This document shows, in pieces, positions 35,601 to 47,857 of a stretch of DNA of 54,506 nucleotides (within the stretch, counting starts at the first letter, position 1; every line of letters starts with the position of its first letter). Made by a program: the position numbers and the translations under genes. This DNA is from Asterionella formosa. Lineage: Eukaryota. Location: the NCBI GenBank assembly GCA_002256025.1, contig NKIB01013629.1:1-54506 (forward strand), read 5' to 3'. Under the pieces are notes generated by a model, which had not been told where the DNA came from, ran no database searches, and was given only the letters and a program-made list of their open reading frames with translations.

Positions 35601-38600
35601 GTCGCCGACGAACTGACATATTGCTTGGAGGCTCTCAATTTGAAGCGGGCATCTGTTGTTTTAGGCGACAATTCATCGGTCACGGTCTCTGATACTCTGC
35701 ATTGCATTGGATATTCCCTTGACAATTCTGGAAAGTACCTTCAAGCTATGGAGTACTACGACGAGGCATTAGCCATTCGAAAGAGTATGCTCGGTGATGA
35801 TGATTTACGAGTTGCGGAAACACTTCACAATAAGGGCGCTATATTGTGCGAAAACGGTGCCTCTGGCGACGCGTTATCTTGCCTGGAAGAGGCGCTTAGA
35901 ATACGTACGCTCCATTATGGTGCAAATCATGAAAGTTGTGCAGACACTCAGCAATGGATAGGAAATGTGATGCGAGAATGTGGCGATTTCGATCAGGCCT
36001 TGCTCTTCTTCAAAAATGCTTTACAAGTGAAGAAGTTCACCCTCGGAGCCGACCATGAGGAGGTCGCTAATACTCTCCAAAACATGTCCGTTGTACTTAA
36101 TGACATGGAGAAATACATTGTTTCTCTTGACTGCTACGAGGAGGCACTCAGAATATATACATTGCAGTTTGGAAATGATGATGAAAGAGTAGCAGACACT
36201 CTTCATCGCATGGCCATCGATTATGCCATTACAGAACAGAATGAACTAGCGTTGGTTCACTTTGAGAAAGCCATTCAAATTCGGGAAAAGCTACTGATCA
36301 ACGACAAGTGGCCATCCGGAAAGGACAAAGTTGTCCAGTCACTGATCTTTAAACCGGAAATAGATGCAGACATAGTTGAAACTCGAATCGGTAGCCTCAT
36401 TGACTGTTACGAGGAATGCATTATTTTGGCGAAGGTCCTTCAAGAGAGTGATGTTAAATCAATCGGCAAGATTCAACATAGACTCGGTGATTTATATTGC
36501 GACATGTATGATTGGGACAATGCCGTGGAACAATTTCAAGGTGCATTGCGTGTCCAAAGGTCCTTGGCCGATTCTGGTGCCTTGGACGAAGTTGAAGTAT
36601 GTGAAATTTTGCATAAGAAAGGTGTTGTCCACCTATACATGAACGAGCATCAAAAAGCGAAATCTTGCTTTGAGAGTGTTATTTACCGGCTGAGAAGTTC
36701 GAAAGAGAACGACGTTGCTTCAGAAGCCACATCATTGTACTGCCTTGGAGTAGCTTTCAACCATCTCCATGCGCATAAGCTCTCTTTAGTTTCACTAACA
36801 GAAGCCCTTCGCATATGGACTGAAATATATGGTGAGTATCATGTTTTTTGTGGTTATGCCTTATATTGGATCGGGCGCCAAGAGACGCAGCTCCTTCAGT
36901 TCGAAAAAGCGCTTACTTGGTATAGAGCTGCGCTGAAGACTTTCAAATCGAATAAGGACGACGTCGACTACGCTGCTGTAGCCAAAACACTAGAACTTCT
37001 GGGTGGAATTCACGAGCAAATGGCTGACCTTGATGCTGCACTCAAGTGTTACGGTGAAGGTGTCCGCCTGGTACGCTGGAAGTTTGGTGATAAACACTCG
37101 TTCGCAATCGATATGCTGTGTCGCTCTGGGCTTATTAGTGAGAAACAAGGCTGCACAGTTGAAGCCATAGAGTACTTCGAAGACGCTATTTCAGTTATGA
37201 AGGCATGCAATCGCGAAGGCGATACCCAGCTTTGTATGGCAATGGAAAAGCTTGGTTTGCTTCAAGAGACCGAAGGAAGTATTGATAGTTCCAAGAATAC
37301 GCTTTCGGATGCATATAGACTTTGGGAAGCTGCTGTCGGCCACGACGACTTGAGAACCGCCGTAGCTGTATGGAAACTTGGCCGTGTACTGGACAAGCAA
37401 GGATCAAAGGAAGCGGCCATGCAGTGCTATCGAGAGTGCCTACGAGTACAGAAACTCAACTTGCCATCCGGTGATCATAATATCGCCGACACTTTGAGTA
37501 GCATGGGTACTAATCTATCTGAGAGTGAGGAATACGAGGAGGCAATCAAGTGTTTTCAACAAGCTTTAAGTATTCAGCGCAATGCATACGGCGACAACAG
37601 CTTGATAGTTGCATCGACGCTGCACAGTCTCGCGAAGGGATATCAGGAAGTAGGGTCATTTGATAAGTCGGTGGTCTGTTTCAAGGAAGCCCTACGTATC
37701 AGTAAGAGTGCTGGGGAAGAGAATATCAAGGAAATATCCGAAATTTCATTCGGCATTGCGTTATCACACGAAGCGAATAACAACTATCAAGCAGCTATTA
37801 CACATTTCACTGAAGCACTAAGAACTTGGAAGGCTACATCTGCTGATGATTCCCGGATTCCGATTGCGCTACAAAAGCTCGGAAACGTTTACAGTAAGGC
37901 TGGCGACAATTCTCAGGCAATTGTAAGCTACACGAATGCCTTAGACATACTTGGGGAGCAAGACGGAACTGACAAGAAGCTTATGGCTATGGTTCTCTCG
38001 GGTCTAGCAAGAAGTTATTTTTTGACGGGGTCACACGACTGTGCAATTGAAATGTATCAACGCCACATTGACTTACTGCAATCAGATTCTGAAAACCGAG
38101 AGAGTGTAGCGGAGTCATTGTGCGCGATGGGTTCCATTTACGCTCGCCTTGGTAATCATGACGATGCAACTCTGCATTTTAAAGACTGCTTGTTGGTCCG
38201 AACGAAGTGTTTTGGAAGGGACGACGAACGCGTTGGGAAAGTCCTTATGAACATGGGTAATGTATATGACAAAAGTGAGGACCTGAATGCAGCACGAGAT
38301 TGTTACCTGGAAGCTTTGCGAATCAATAAAATGAATGCGAACGATTGGGAGACAGTGGTTTGCCTCAAAGAATTGGGGAAGATTTTGACGAGAGAGAAAG
38401 ATCAGAACGGTGCCTTGGAACATAACTTGGAAGCTCTGCAGTTAACCAAAAAACTCCTGGGGCCGGGGGATCCTCAAGTTGCGGATCTACTTTATACTTG
38501 TGCGGCTACGATGTACGAACGACATGAATATTCAAGGGCACTTGAGTTCTTCGAAGATTCCCTGCGCATTCGTCGGGTAAAGTTGGGTCCTACTTGCGTC

Positions 38601-41600
38601 GAAATTGGCGAAACACTCCTTATGATTGGGCAAACGATGGCTCGTTCTGATCATTATGACGAAGCACTGGTTTTTTTAAAGGATTCTCGTTCTGTCCTTT
38701 CCGAGGCAAAGGGAAACGAGAGCCTCGATGTGGGTAACTGTAACTATTCCATTGGGGCCGCATATGTCGCCAAGAATGATTTTGAAACCGCAATTCCTTA
38801 CTTCTTAGATGCACTTCCTTTGAGACAGAAATATTTCGGGGATGATATGCAGGTGGCATCTACTTTGTTTGAACTCGCTAATGCATACAACAAAATTGGA
38901 AACTTGGTGAGTGCATTGGAATATGCAGTGATGGCTTTGCGAATTCGGAAGCTGCGATGCGGCAATCAATCGTTGGAATGTGCTGAGTCCCTGAGCCAAC
39001 TAGGGGACATACATTTGGAATTACTAAAGGATTGCGAAGCTCAGAATTGTTACAATGAAGCTCTGAAGGTTTACACATCTGTCCGAGGAAAAGGGCACGT
39101 ATCAGTTGCTGAATGCCTCGAAAAGATCGGAAACATATATCTCAAGCAAGACCAACTAAGCAGCGCGACAGACAATCTACGAAGTGCTTTGAAGGTGTTC
39201 ACAGAAAACTATGGAGAGGTCAGTTTTCCGGTTGCAAAAGTGCTTCTTACGATCGGCAGGGTCGAAGCGAAGAAAGGTGCTTCTGAAAATGCGATCGCCT
39301 GTTTCAAGCAGAGTCTGTCAATAAGCAATGAGCTATCCGAAAAATCTGCTGTCGCTGCTGCACTGTACGAAATCGGCGTTGTCCTAGAATCTTGCGGGAA
39401 GAAAGACGAAGCCATGGAATGTTACAAAGAAACGCTCAGGCTCGCTGCCCATCACGACGCGGCCCAGACAAGAGCTCAAACTTTCAACAGGATCGGAGGC
39501 ATCCTGGTGGGGCTTAACGACTTTGATGCTGCCCTCAAAGCTTTCGATACAGCGCTGTTGATATACAAGAAATTAAAAGGAGGAGAATGTGTTGAAGTTG
39601 GCCAAACAATCCATAACATTGCAGAAGTATACGATTTGCAGTCAGATTATGAGAAGGCACAGGAGTTTTTTAAAGAGGCACACTGCATTTTTGTCAACAA
39701 GCTCGGTCCTAATGATTTAATAGTTGCCCTCGCTCTCAATAGCTTAGGCATCAATCATGCTCGTCGAAAATTATTCGAGCAGGCAGTTGAACTTTGCTCT
39801 GAGGCGTTGAGAGTCAGAAAAGACAAACTTGGTACAAATCATCTCGACACTTGCGATGCTTTTTATAACATCGCTACAATACTCGACGAATGGGGAAAAG
39901 AAGAGGAAGCAATGATATATTTCACTGATGCTCTGGAGGCATATCGATTAACGTTGGGTGACAACCATTTAGAGGTAGCAAACTGTTTCAAATGCATCGG
40001 CATTTTGCATTTAAAGCACGGCGAAGTCGACCTCGCCACTCGTGCCTTTGTAGAAGCGCTTCGTATTTACCAACTCGACGAGGCGGTGAATATTGGCGTG
40101 GCAGATGTTCTTTTCAATCTCGGAAAAATTTACACTAAGCTTGAACAATACGAGAAGGCGTTGGAGACTCTCGCACAATGCCTGAAGATTCGCAAATCCG
40201 AGCACAAAGAAGAACAACTCGACATCGCGTTGACATGTTTGCATATCGGCATTGTATATGCTGCGAAGGATTTACCAAATGAAGCCAAGAAGTTCTTTGA
40301 AAGAGCTCGTTCGATCTACGATGACGAGGGAAGGAATGATACTATTGAAGGTGCTCAGGTGATGGTGAACTTGGCAAAAATCCTATCGGTTGAAGAATCT
40401 TACGACAAAGCACTACTGCTTTTTCACAAAGCCACGGAAATTTTCAGACGAGACATCGGAGAGGATACAGACGAGGTGGCAGAAGTACTGGTAAACATTG
40501 GGATTATTCACAACAAAAGAGTCGATTACGATGAAGCCCTCAAATTCTTAACATCTGGTCTTAAAATCAGGACGCAACAATTAGGTCGTGATGATATGAA
40601 AGTAGCAAATACCCTTTTCGAGATTGGTCAAGTAATGGAAGATTGGGGTGATAGTGATGAGGTAAGATTATGCAGGCAACTGAATTAATTTGCTTCACAA
40701 GAATGTATAACATTAATCTTGCTGCTTTCAGGCCATCGACACATACGCTGAGGTCATTCGAATATCCAAGCTCAACTGCGGCAACGGCAACAATTTGATG
40801 GTGGAATCGCTCAAGCGTATGGGCGCAATTTATCTTGAGAGACTACACAGCGACGCCGCCCTTCAGTCATTCTTAGAGGCAGCAGAAGTCGAGAAGCGGT
40901 TGCATGGTGAGAACGCTGTCGAGGTCGGTCGCATTCTTCTCAGTATTGCTGGAGTTCATGATGCTCGCGCCGACGAAGATAGTGCCCTCGCCGCTTATTC
41001 CGACGCATTTCGTGTGCTAAAATCAAACCTTGGTAACGATGATTTATCTGTTGCTCTTGCTTTGAACAATATTGGGATTAACCACGCCCGTCGGAAGAAC
41101 TATGCAAAATCAATCAGTCTAATCAGTGAAGCACTCAGAATTCGAAAGCTAATATTAGGAGAAGACCACCTTGATGTCGCCGACTCTTGCGTGAATATTG
41201 CACATGTGCTCGACGAATGGGGAAAGGACGAACAAGCACTGAAGTTCTATTGCGAAGCCTTGGTCCTGTACAAAGCGCATCTCGGCAATGATGATGACGA
41301 AGTTGCTAACTGTTGCCAAGAGATCGGAGGAATCTATATGAAACAGAATGATCTCAACAGAGCAATGAAGTGCTACGTCGAATCCATCCGGATCTTCCGG
41401 CAAAACAAGGGTATGGACAACCTTGACGTTGCATTGGGCCTCTTCAACCTAGGAAGAGTGTACTCGAAGGTTATGGACTATGACAAGGCTGTGGCGTGCT
41501 TTAAGGAATGTTTACGTATCCGGGAAGCTCAAATGGGGAAGTCACATCTTGATGTGTTAGCTGTCCACCGATACATCGATGCTATTGAGAGAAAAAGGCG

Positions 41601-41607
41601 TAAATGA
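32625..41607 (+). CDS. Giant TPR-repeat protein (~2970 aa; kinesin-light-chain/nephrocystin-3-type 42-aa TPRs); exons 32625-40661 and 40732-41607
   Basis: 8-kb open frame with dozens of VA.TL..IG..Y...G....A...Y.EAL.I repeats from ~35550. The 70-nt GT-AG intron 40662-40731 joins the two ORFs in frame. Disordered Ser/Glu-rich N-terminus. Confidence 0.93.
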
Positions 41608-41659
41608 GCTATCCAAGGAATAAATGAGTCATGTAAGCCAGCCTTGTTTGCTATACTTT

Positions 41660-42637
41660 TCAGTGGTTAGAATCGAAAGCATCTAGCACCCAATCGTAGC
41701 CAAGCTCCTTCAACAGTTCATTAAAGGATTTCGTGAACGGGCTCAAATAATTCTCCATCTTCGTTCTCAGTTCATGTCGAATTGACTGTCTCGTGTTGAT
41801 AGTGGAATTGACTCGTTTCTGTAAGAGGCCTTGGTCAAGGCAATTAACCAATTTATCTCCTTCGGTCGGATGGATGTGAGCAAGTACCTGTTTCATAAAA
41901 TGCCGAGGATTTTGAGATATATCCCGGTACTTGAGGATCAATACTTGATCTTTGGGAAAATATTTTAGCCATAGGCGCAGTGCTCTCGCGTAGTCGGACC
42001 TATCGCAGTGAGTTTTACTTCTCAGGATATCCATAAAGTAACTGTCAGTATAGGACTGAGGATCCGAGTCTCGTTCGAGTTTGCTTCTAGTCTGCGTGTC
42101 CATTTGATCGTACGGAATATCAAATTGACCAGGTTTCAGTCCACGAGCGTTACTTCTTAGCTCCATTGTCATAGCGGACCAAGCTCGATCGACCAAATCT
42201 CGGGCTACAAAGATGATCTTCAGACGCGGAAATAACTGGTGAATTTCAGCAACGTGCTTCTCTGACAACGCCATGTAGCATGGGGTGATTTCACCAACGA
42301 TATGCTTCAATGGAAACTGACGACTGTACCAGCCTAAGCCTTTTCGTCGGTTCCAATCCCAAAAGTGCACTTCCTTCTGTTTAGCCAAACCCAACCCTTC
42401 TATCGATTCCAGCATCTCATACAACCAAGTTGTTCCAGCTTTCTGTGCTCCGATACACATGAATGAAACAGTTACAGTTAGCTGGTCTCGATCCGCGGGC
42501 TTACCGATGAATTCAGGGGACTCTTCGTGTCTTCGACGCTTTTTCGACGATGATGCATTTTCTGGTTGACTCTCCCCTGCCCTCTGTGCAGTCTTTGCAA
42601 CGTCGCTGAGCAATTTTGCAAAATCCCTGCTCATCAT
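41660..42637 (-). CDS. PAPS-dependent sulfotransferase (heparan-sulfate 3-O-sulfotransferase-like)
   Basis: 5'-PSB motif IGAQKAGTT, KEVHFWD, GEITPCY and 3'-PB motif RDLVDRAWS. Basic KKRRR near the N-terminus; no signal peptide. Confidence 0.9.
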   Translation of the reverse strand: MMSRDFAKLLSDVAKTAQRAGESQPENASSSKKRRRHEESPEFIGKPADRDQLTVTVSFMCIGAQKAGTTWLYEMLESIEGLGLAKQKEVHFWDWNRRKGLGWYSRQFPLKHIVGEITPCYMALSEKHVAEIHQLFPRLKIIFVARDLVDRAWSAMTMELRSNARGLKPGQFDIPYDQMDTQTRSKLERDSDPQSYTDSYFMDILRSKTHCDRSDYARALRLWLKYFPKDQVLILKYRDISQNPRHFMKQVLAHIHPTEGDKLVNCLDQGLLQKRVNSTINTRQSIRHELRTKMENYLSPFTKSFNELLKELGYDWVLDAFDSNH

Positions 42638-43682
42638 CCGCAAAGTAGATCGAGTGATTGTTGGCAGAAGGAAGTAAAAGGGTTTCGAAATTTTGTGACG
42701 CGGAACTACTTACCGGTCGGTACAGGTACGCAAGTTGCGGGCATTTTGTTTAAACTAACATTTTAATCTGGAATAAAAATAGCTAAATCTTTAGTTTCAG
42801 CAAAATTATAGCAAACTTGCACAGGTACCTGGTACCTGGTACTCGAATCCGCGTAAAAGGAACATAATTTATGATCAGCCATGTAAAGCCATGTAATGCA
42901 ACATGTCTGTATGAACCTTTTTTTCCTTATGCATATCTTATACCGGTATGAATAGTACATACTAGAGTGCCATAGAAAAATCTAACGTGATATCATTCAG
43001 GTCCTGGACCCGCTAATGTACAATGCCGTAAATCACCTCATGCCTCTTAGTCAATTCAATGCAATTCTCAAGGCAATAAATAGGCTACATAATTCATCCA
43101 GCACCTGAGTCTCCTGATCACTTTCATGAAGTAAGAGATATGATGACTGAAGCCTGGAATGCCTTTGTTATCACATCATATCCTTTCAGTCACAGAAGTA
43201 AATACCATGCTGGCATGCATATCATGACCACTTCTGCAAGGAGGAGGTTGACAGCATGCTCTGTTCTCGCAATCTTTTTGCAGAGGCATAATATATAATC
43301 CATATTATATGAAAAAGCATAATCGCCTATTTGGTCAACAAGATTGAAAAATGATGAGCACAGGGTTTTTTGGCTGCCCAAAGGCACGCAAAATTTAGAA
43401 AAGAAGTTGTGGATGCTGACAGTTCCCACCCCCAAAACACATTTGTAGACTGGATGTGGTGTATGCTCCATGGGTGTGCCCTGATTTGTTGATCATTGGT
43501 TATATCATTTCATGGAATCAGTATTGATTCCTTCCAGTCCAGACTAATATGTACTGTGGAGTTTTTCATGTTGTGACTGATACATGACTAAATATAACGA
43601 GTTAAATTTTTAATCCTTATGTATAGCCCTTTTATTCGGGAGAAAATTTACTATCTCATGATGTATATAAAGTTGAAGTAAA

Positions 43683-43999
43683 AGGGAATGGCTTAGTGGT
43701 TTAGCACATTGTCTTTGAACTGAGGTTGTGAGGTTCGATTCCCGCAATTTTTTAGAATCAATTGTTTGGTTCAACTCCCACACTCTTAACCATGCCGTAC
43801 AGTTTTGCCTGGTGTGCAAGAAATAGTGGGTTGCCTCCCTACAAGCAGCTTGTGTCGCCCTCCGAGGCAGACGGAGTTTCCCCTAACGCTGCTGCTAAGA
43901 TGATCACCTTTTGCGAAAGGTGGTTGGGGACTCACCTATGCTAACAAAACTAGGAAAGCACAGGTCTTGTTGGCAGGTAGTACAATGACAGACTTGCCT
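43683..43999 (+). ncRNA. tRNA-Gln-derived Pol III cassette plus structured 3' domain, copy 2 (longer copy; SINE-like or unidentified ncRNA)
   Basis: A box TGGCTTAGTGG 43689-43699, CTTTGAA loop, B box 43732-43742, T6 and upstream TATATAAA. Several hairpins downstream. Homologous to 812-1059. Transcription is not demonstrated. Confidence 0.6.
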
Positions 44000-44405
44000 A
44001 GAAAGAGGGGAGTACGAATGGGCTTTAAAACATACTAACTTTTTAAAGTTGAAGGAAAAAGAAACTATGGTTTTCATAATGGGCCTCAAACAGAGACTGA
44101 AATCAGCCGAATGAGCTGGAAAGAACCTGATAATACAATATGAAACATGATGTGTATGCATTGTTAGGCTTTCAACACAGAAAGTTGCCTCACATGGTCC
44201 CTGCACCTGCCTGGAAAATAGTAATCTGCTATAACAACAGTGCATACCAACCATCGGAGTTGAAATATGAAGGTATCAATACTAATTGTCACAATGTATG
44301 ATGGAATCCTAAGCTTGGCAAAGTTTGCAACAAACAACATACATATAGCCAAAAATATAAATTACGGTCTAATCAAAAAACTTTGAGCTGTCAAGTATGA
44401 AACTT

Positions 44406-45948
44406 TTATGATTGTTTCGGTCTTTTCGTGGATTCATCAGTGGCTGCAGTAGTCGTTGTTCGCTTTTTCCTCTCTTCGCTTTCAGACACCTGCCCAAGGG
44501 AGTTCATGTCTGCCACGAGGGATCGAAGTGAAGAGGTGGTCTTGCTTTCAACTGACATGGTGAGGGCTACATTTGCACCAGCGGGAGGTCGTCGAACCTC
44601 TTTCCGCTCTGGAATGCCTTCATCGTTCGCCGAGTCCATTACTTGCTCATTAAGGCGGTGAATCATATTGATAAAGAGGCGCTCATCTTCGTAAAGCCCT
44701 TCTTTTCCTTCTTTCAGCAAAAGGTCAGAGACTTGTTCATACAGTTCCTCACATCGGTTAATCATTTCAAGAATGACGGGGTAACTGGTAAAGTTAGCGT
44801 TGTTGACCACGTTCGCCATGAATGCATTTCGTGTATTGAATCCAGTGACCTTGTCGTGCTTCTTGAGAATTTTAGAAAAGGAGCAGTAGGTCATGATTGC
44901 AAAGGTCTCCAAAAGTAAGAGGTCCTTATACAGTCGATAGAGGGATTTGGCTAAGAGAGACCATTTTTCGTTGACCATGATTGAATTGGGCTTCTTCATA
45001 ATCTCCATTCCCTCTCTCACTCGCTCCTCCCTAATTATAAACTCCTCTTGTGCCTTATTAAAAAAGTGTGTTGCCTTCTTGAACTCGGCGTGAATCAATT
45101 TGAAGAACGCAACTTCCCCTGGAGATTGCCCAATGGCTTTCACGCTATTGCTCGAATCAACGATATTAATTGTCTCAACTGCAGCTTTGAAGTCTTCGTG
45201 TTGCACAAAACTGTCGTCCCCTAAGTCTGCTTGCTTTCGTTTCTTCTCCGTTGTTTTGTCACCATGTTGTTGCTTCGCCGAAACAACGGAGGCGGCAGAC
45301 GATTCAACGGAGGAAGGGGAGCCTGGTCGGGATTTTTCATTGGATTCTGACCTTGCTCGTTGCGCCGGTCTCAAAGCATCGTCAGCGGGAACTAATGAAG
45401 GGAGTTCCTTAATCAATTTCTATAAGACAGGATTAGGAAACAGCTGTTAGTGAGAAATAAATGCATAAGTCATTTATCATCGTGAGTTACAATCACATGT
45501 TGGAATGATCAAGCAACAAGGGCACAAAATTCAATCTGTCTTGTGAATGATGAATCAAAGCGAATCTTTAAAATGTTAATAATTCACAAACCATCATATC
45601 GGAACATACAATATATCCGAATGATGTAGATAGAGAAGGCGAAATAAACAGAAACCAACTTGATGTACTCCGAACAATGTCGCCGACAATTCCTCAGAAC
45701 CCGGTGAAATGAATCTGAGGTGAAAATATGATTGTATACGTAAAAAAATTATGTGCGTAATATTCACGGCAAATGTCAATCGATGAATCTACAGCGGTGA
45801 ATGACAATGAGAAGGTCAACAATGAAGGAATCATTACTGATTCTCAACCGCTGTATCTCACCTTCAACATTTTGTAATTGGTCCAGTAAGGCGCCCATTC
45901 AGGATCGGAGATCTCAACGACTCGTTGTAGGTTTTTGCAGAACTTCAT
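44406..45948 (-). CDS. SPX: Stand-alone SPX-domain protein (phosphate / inositol-pyrophosphate sensor), 366 aa; exons 45948-45862 and 45419-44406
   Basis: Exon 1, missing from the ORF track, reads MKFCKNLQRVVEISDPEWAPYWTNYKMLK. It splices to KLIKE, giving the MKF and YK.LKK signature. The lysine cluster FSKILKKHDK is present. 442-nt GT-AG intron. Confidence 0.93.
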
Positions 45949-47777
45949 TGTGTTGAATGACGCATTGAAATGCTACTCAAAAGAATGTTTCATCAAGCAA
46001 CAACCTTTTGTGCGTGTGATGATGTCTCGAGAAATACCGGTTTATAAGCTCAAAGGGTGTTCTCGTGTTGCGGTACCAGGATACCAGGCATAACCGGACA
46101 GGTAGTGTACTTATCAGTCATATGTACGGCAAAGACGAGAGTGGCCACACAATTACAATCGCGCTTGATGAAGCATCATCTTGTACGTACTTTTTGTTTA
46201 GACGGAACAGTACCAGGTAGTAGACCCACCCTACCGGTACTGGTGTGCTGATGTCGACATGTGGACATGGTATGTAGGCATCCTGTATTGCACTCCTACA
46301 TATCAGGGTACCACCGAAACCTTGTAAAATTTATGTACATTGTGTACTGAAATTTTTTTTTGATGTACGTGGAATGTTGACTATAAACCAATTCAAGGCC
46401 CGGTAATCGAGCTATTTAACTTAATCTTTTAAAGTTGAAAACGTGTTGTACGGGACTTCACACTCCGAATTTTAGGTCAAATGGACACCTAAAAATGGTC
46501 GGTACGAAATGTGCACACGAGAACGACTTCTACCTCGGGCGGACCACACCCATCCATACCTAATACAGAAAGTACTGATAATACGTTGCAGGGTAGAGCA
46601 GATGACAAAAAATATTGTAGCTATAGTATACACACAATATGTAAATTATGACTCACTATCACTTCATTTCAACCTCAACCAAATGATAGAATGTAGACGA
46701 AATGAATAGCTAGCTATAAGAAGTGTCAGTACTACTTGTTCTGTTGAAAATTGCTGACAACATTCAACAATCGTGGCCTGATTCTTCGGTTGACTGCTTG
46801 AACCAAATTAATTCCTTTGTTCATTTCAATAACTACTAGTAACAATTCAATAGCATCAAAATTTCAAAATCAGAGTTTCGATGTTAACATTGTGATCTTT
46901 AATAGTAGATTTATCCATACTGCTAGCTAGTTTGAATAATCTTGCACATTGTGAGTTTAGCTTCATGCACTCCTTGCATCACTGATGAAGCCTCAATGAT
47001 AGGCTTATGGAGTGAGTTCAATCATCTCTTAATTCCATCAAAGAATCAAGTTATTTGTGTGAATTTTTAACTACCCGACCTGCTTTATCAGCTTGCAACA
47101 AATGGTGGACCCTCAATGACAAATTTGATTGACATGGTGCGTGATAGAGAATCCAGAAAGATTAATTCAATTCAACAATCAAAAATGCGCCAGAGTTTAA
47201 AACTTGAAATCGGTGAATAATAGACGAACACAGTCGAAGAGTTTTTCTAGCAATAAGAACAGGGTGGTTAATCGATGATAGCGGGCAATCAATTGTGCTT
47301 GAATTGGCGACAAAAACAAAGAAGTATGACTCTATACTAGGCATGGACGGTAAACAGAATAAATCAGACGACTACATAATCAAATGAACATTTTCATGGC
47401 TGTCATGATATCTAGTCATCAACATTCTATTTTAAAATCACATCCACACATGCAACGAGCTGCTGTTAGAATTGTGGTCGCATTACCAACATGCAACTAC
47501 TATCACAAGATACTACAACCCAATTTTGCTGCATACTAGCTAGTATTTCAGAGATTGACGAGCCAGCATGGACTTGAGTTAATTGCTGCGATAGTCGATC
47601 GTCGCCTCATACAAATGAGCACATCCGTAGCTAGCAATGACAAAGGTGAGCCGTGGCAAACTGTAGACCAATCATATGGTTCCGCAATATTTAATGACAA
47701 GGACAAAGAAAAGTTCATGCTGACAAGATTCTACACCACACCGGTGCATACTGACATGTATGTATACGCATCCAAAA

Positions 47778-47857
47778 GGTACCAGGTACCAGGTACCTGG
47801 TACCTTGTACCATTATTACTAGTGCAGGTACCAGGTACCTGGTACCTTGTACCGGTA
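47778..47857. repeat. Densest example of the dispersed GGTACC(A/T) heptamer arrays
   Basis: GGTACCAGGTACCAGGTACCTGGTACCTTGTACC followed by a near-duplicate. Similar arrays occur at more than 12 intergenic loci. Confidence 0.9.

Noticed and set aside
43040..43560. LINE remnant adjoining copy 2 of the tRNA-derived cassette
   Set aside because: Only vague similarity. It is in the opposite orientation to the LINE fragment next to copy 1, so no LINE-SINE link can be claimed.
43870..43890. Telomerase RNA template (CCCTAAC) or RNase P/MRP CR-I (GGGGAAACTCC on the minus strand)
   Set aside because: The match is only 7 nt and is not conserved at that position in copy 1. The other RNase P/MRP conserved regions are not found in the right order.
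3307..45948. Phosphate/lipid metabolic gene cluster (LicD, DGAT2, sulfotransferase, SPX)
   Set aside because: The genes are separated by unrelated genes and transposon islands, with no sequence evidence of co-regulation.
47778..47857. CRISPR array or telomeric repeat
   Set aside because: The units are 7 bp with no unique spacers and no cas genes. The context is eukaryotic, and the repeats are palindromic and dispersed.
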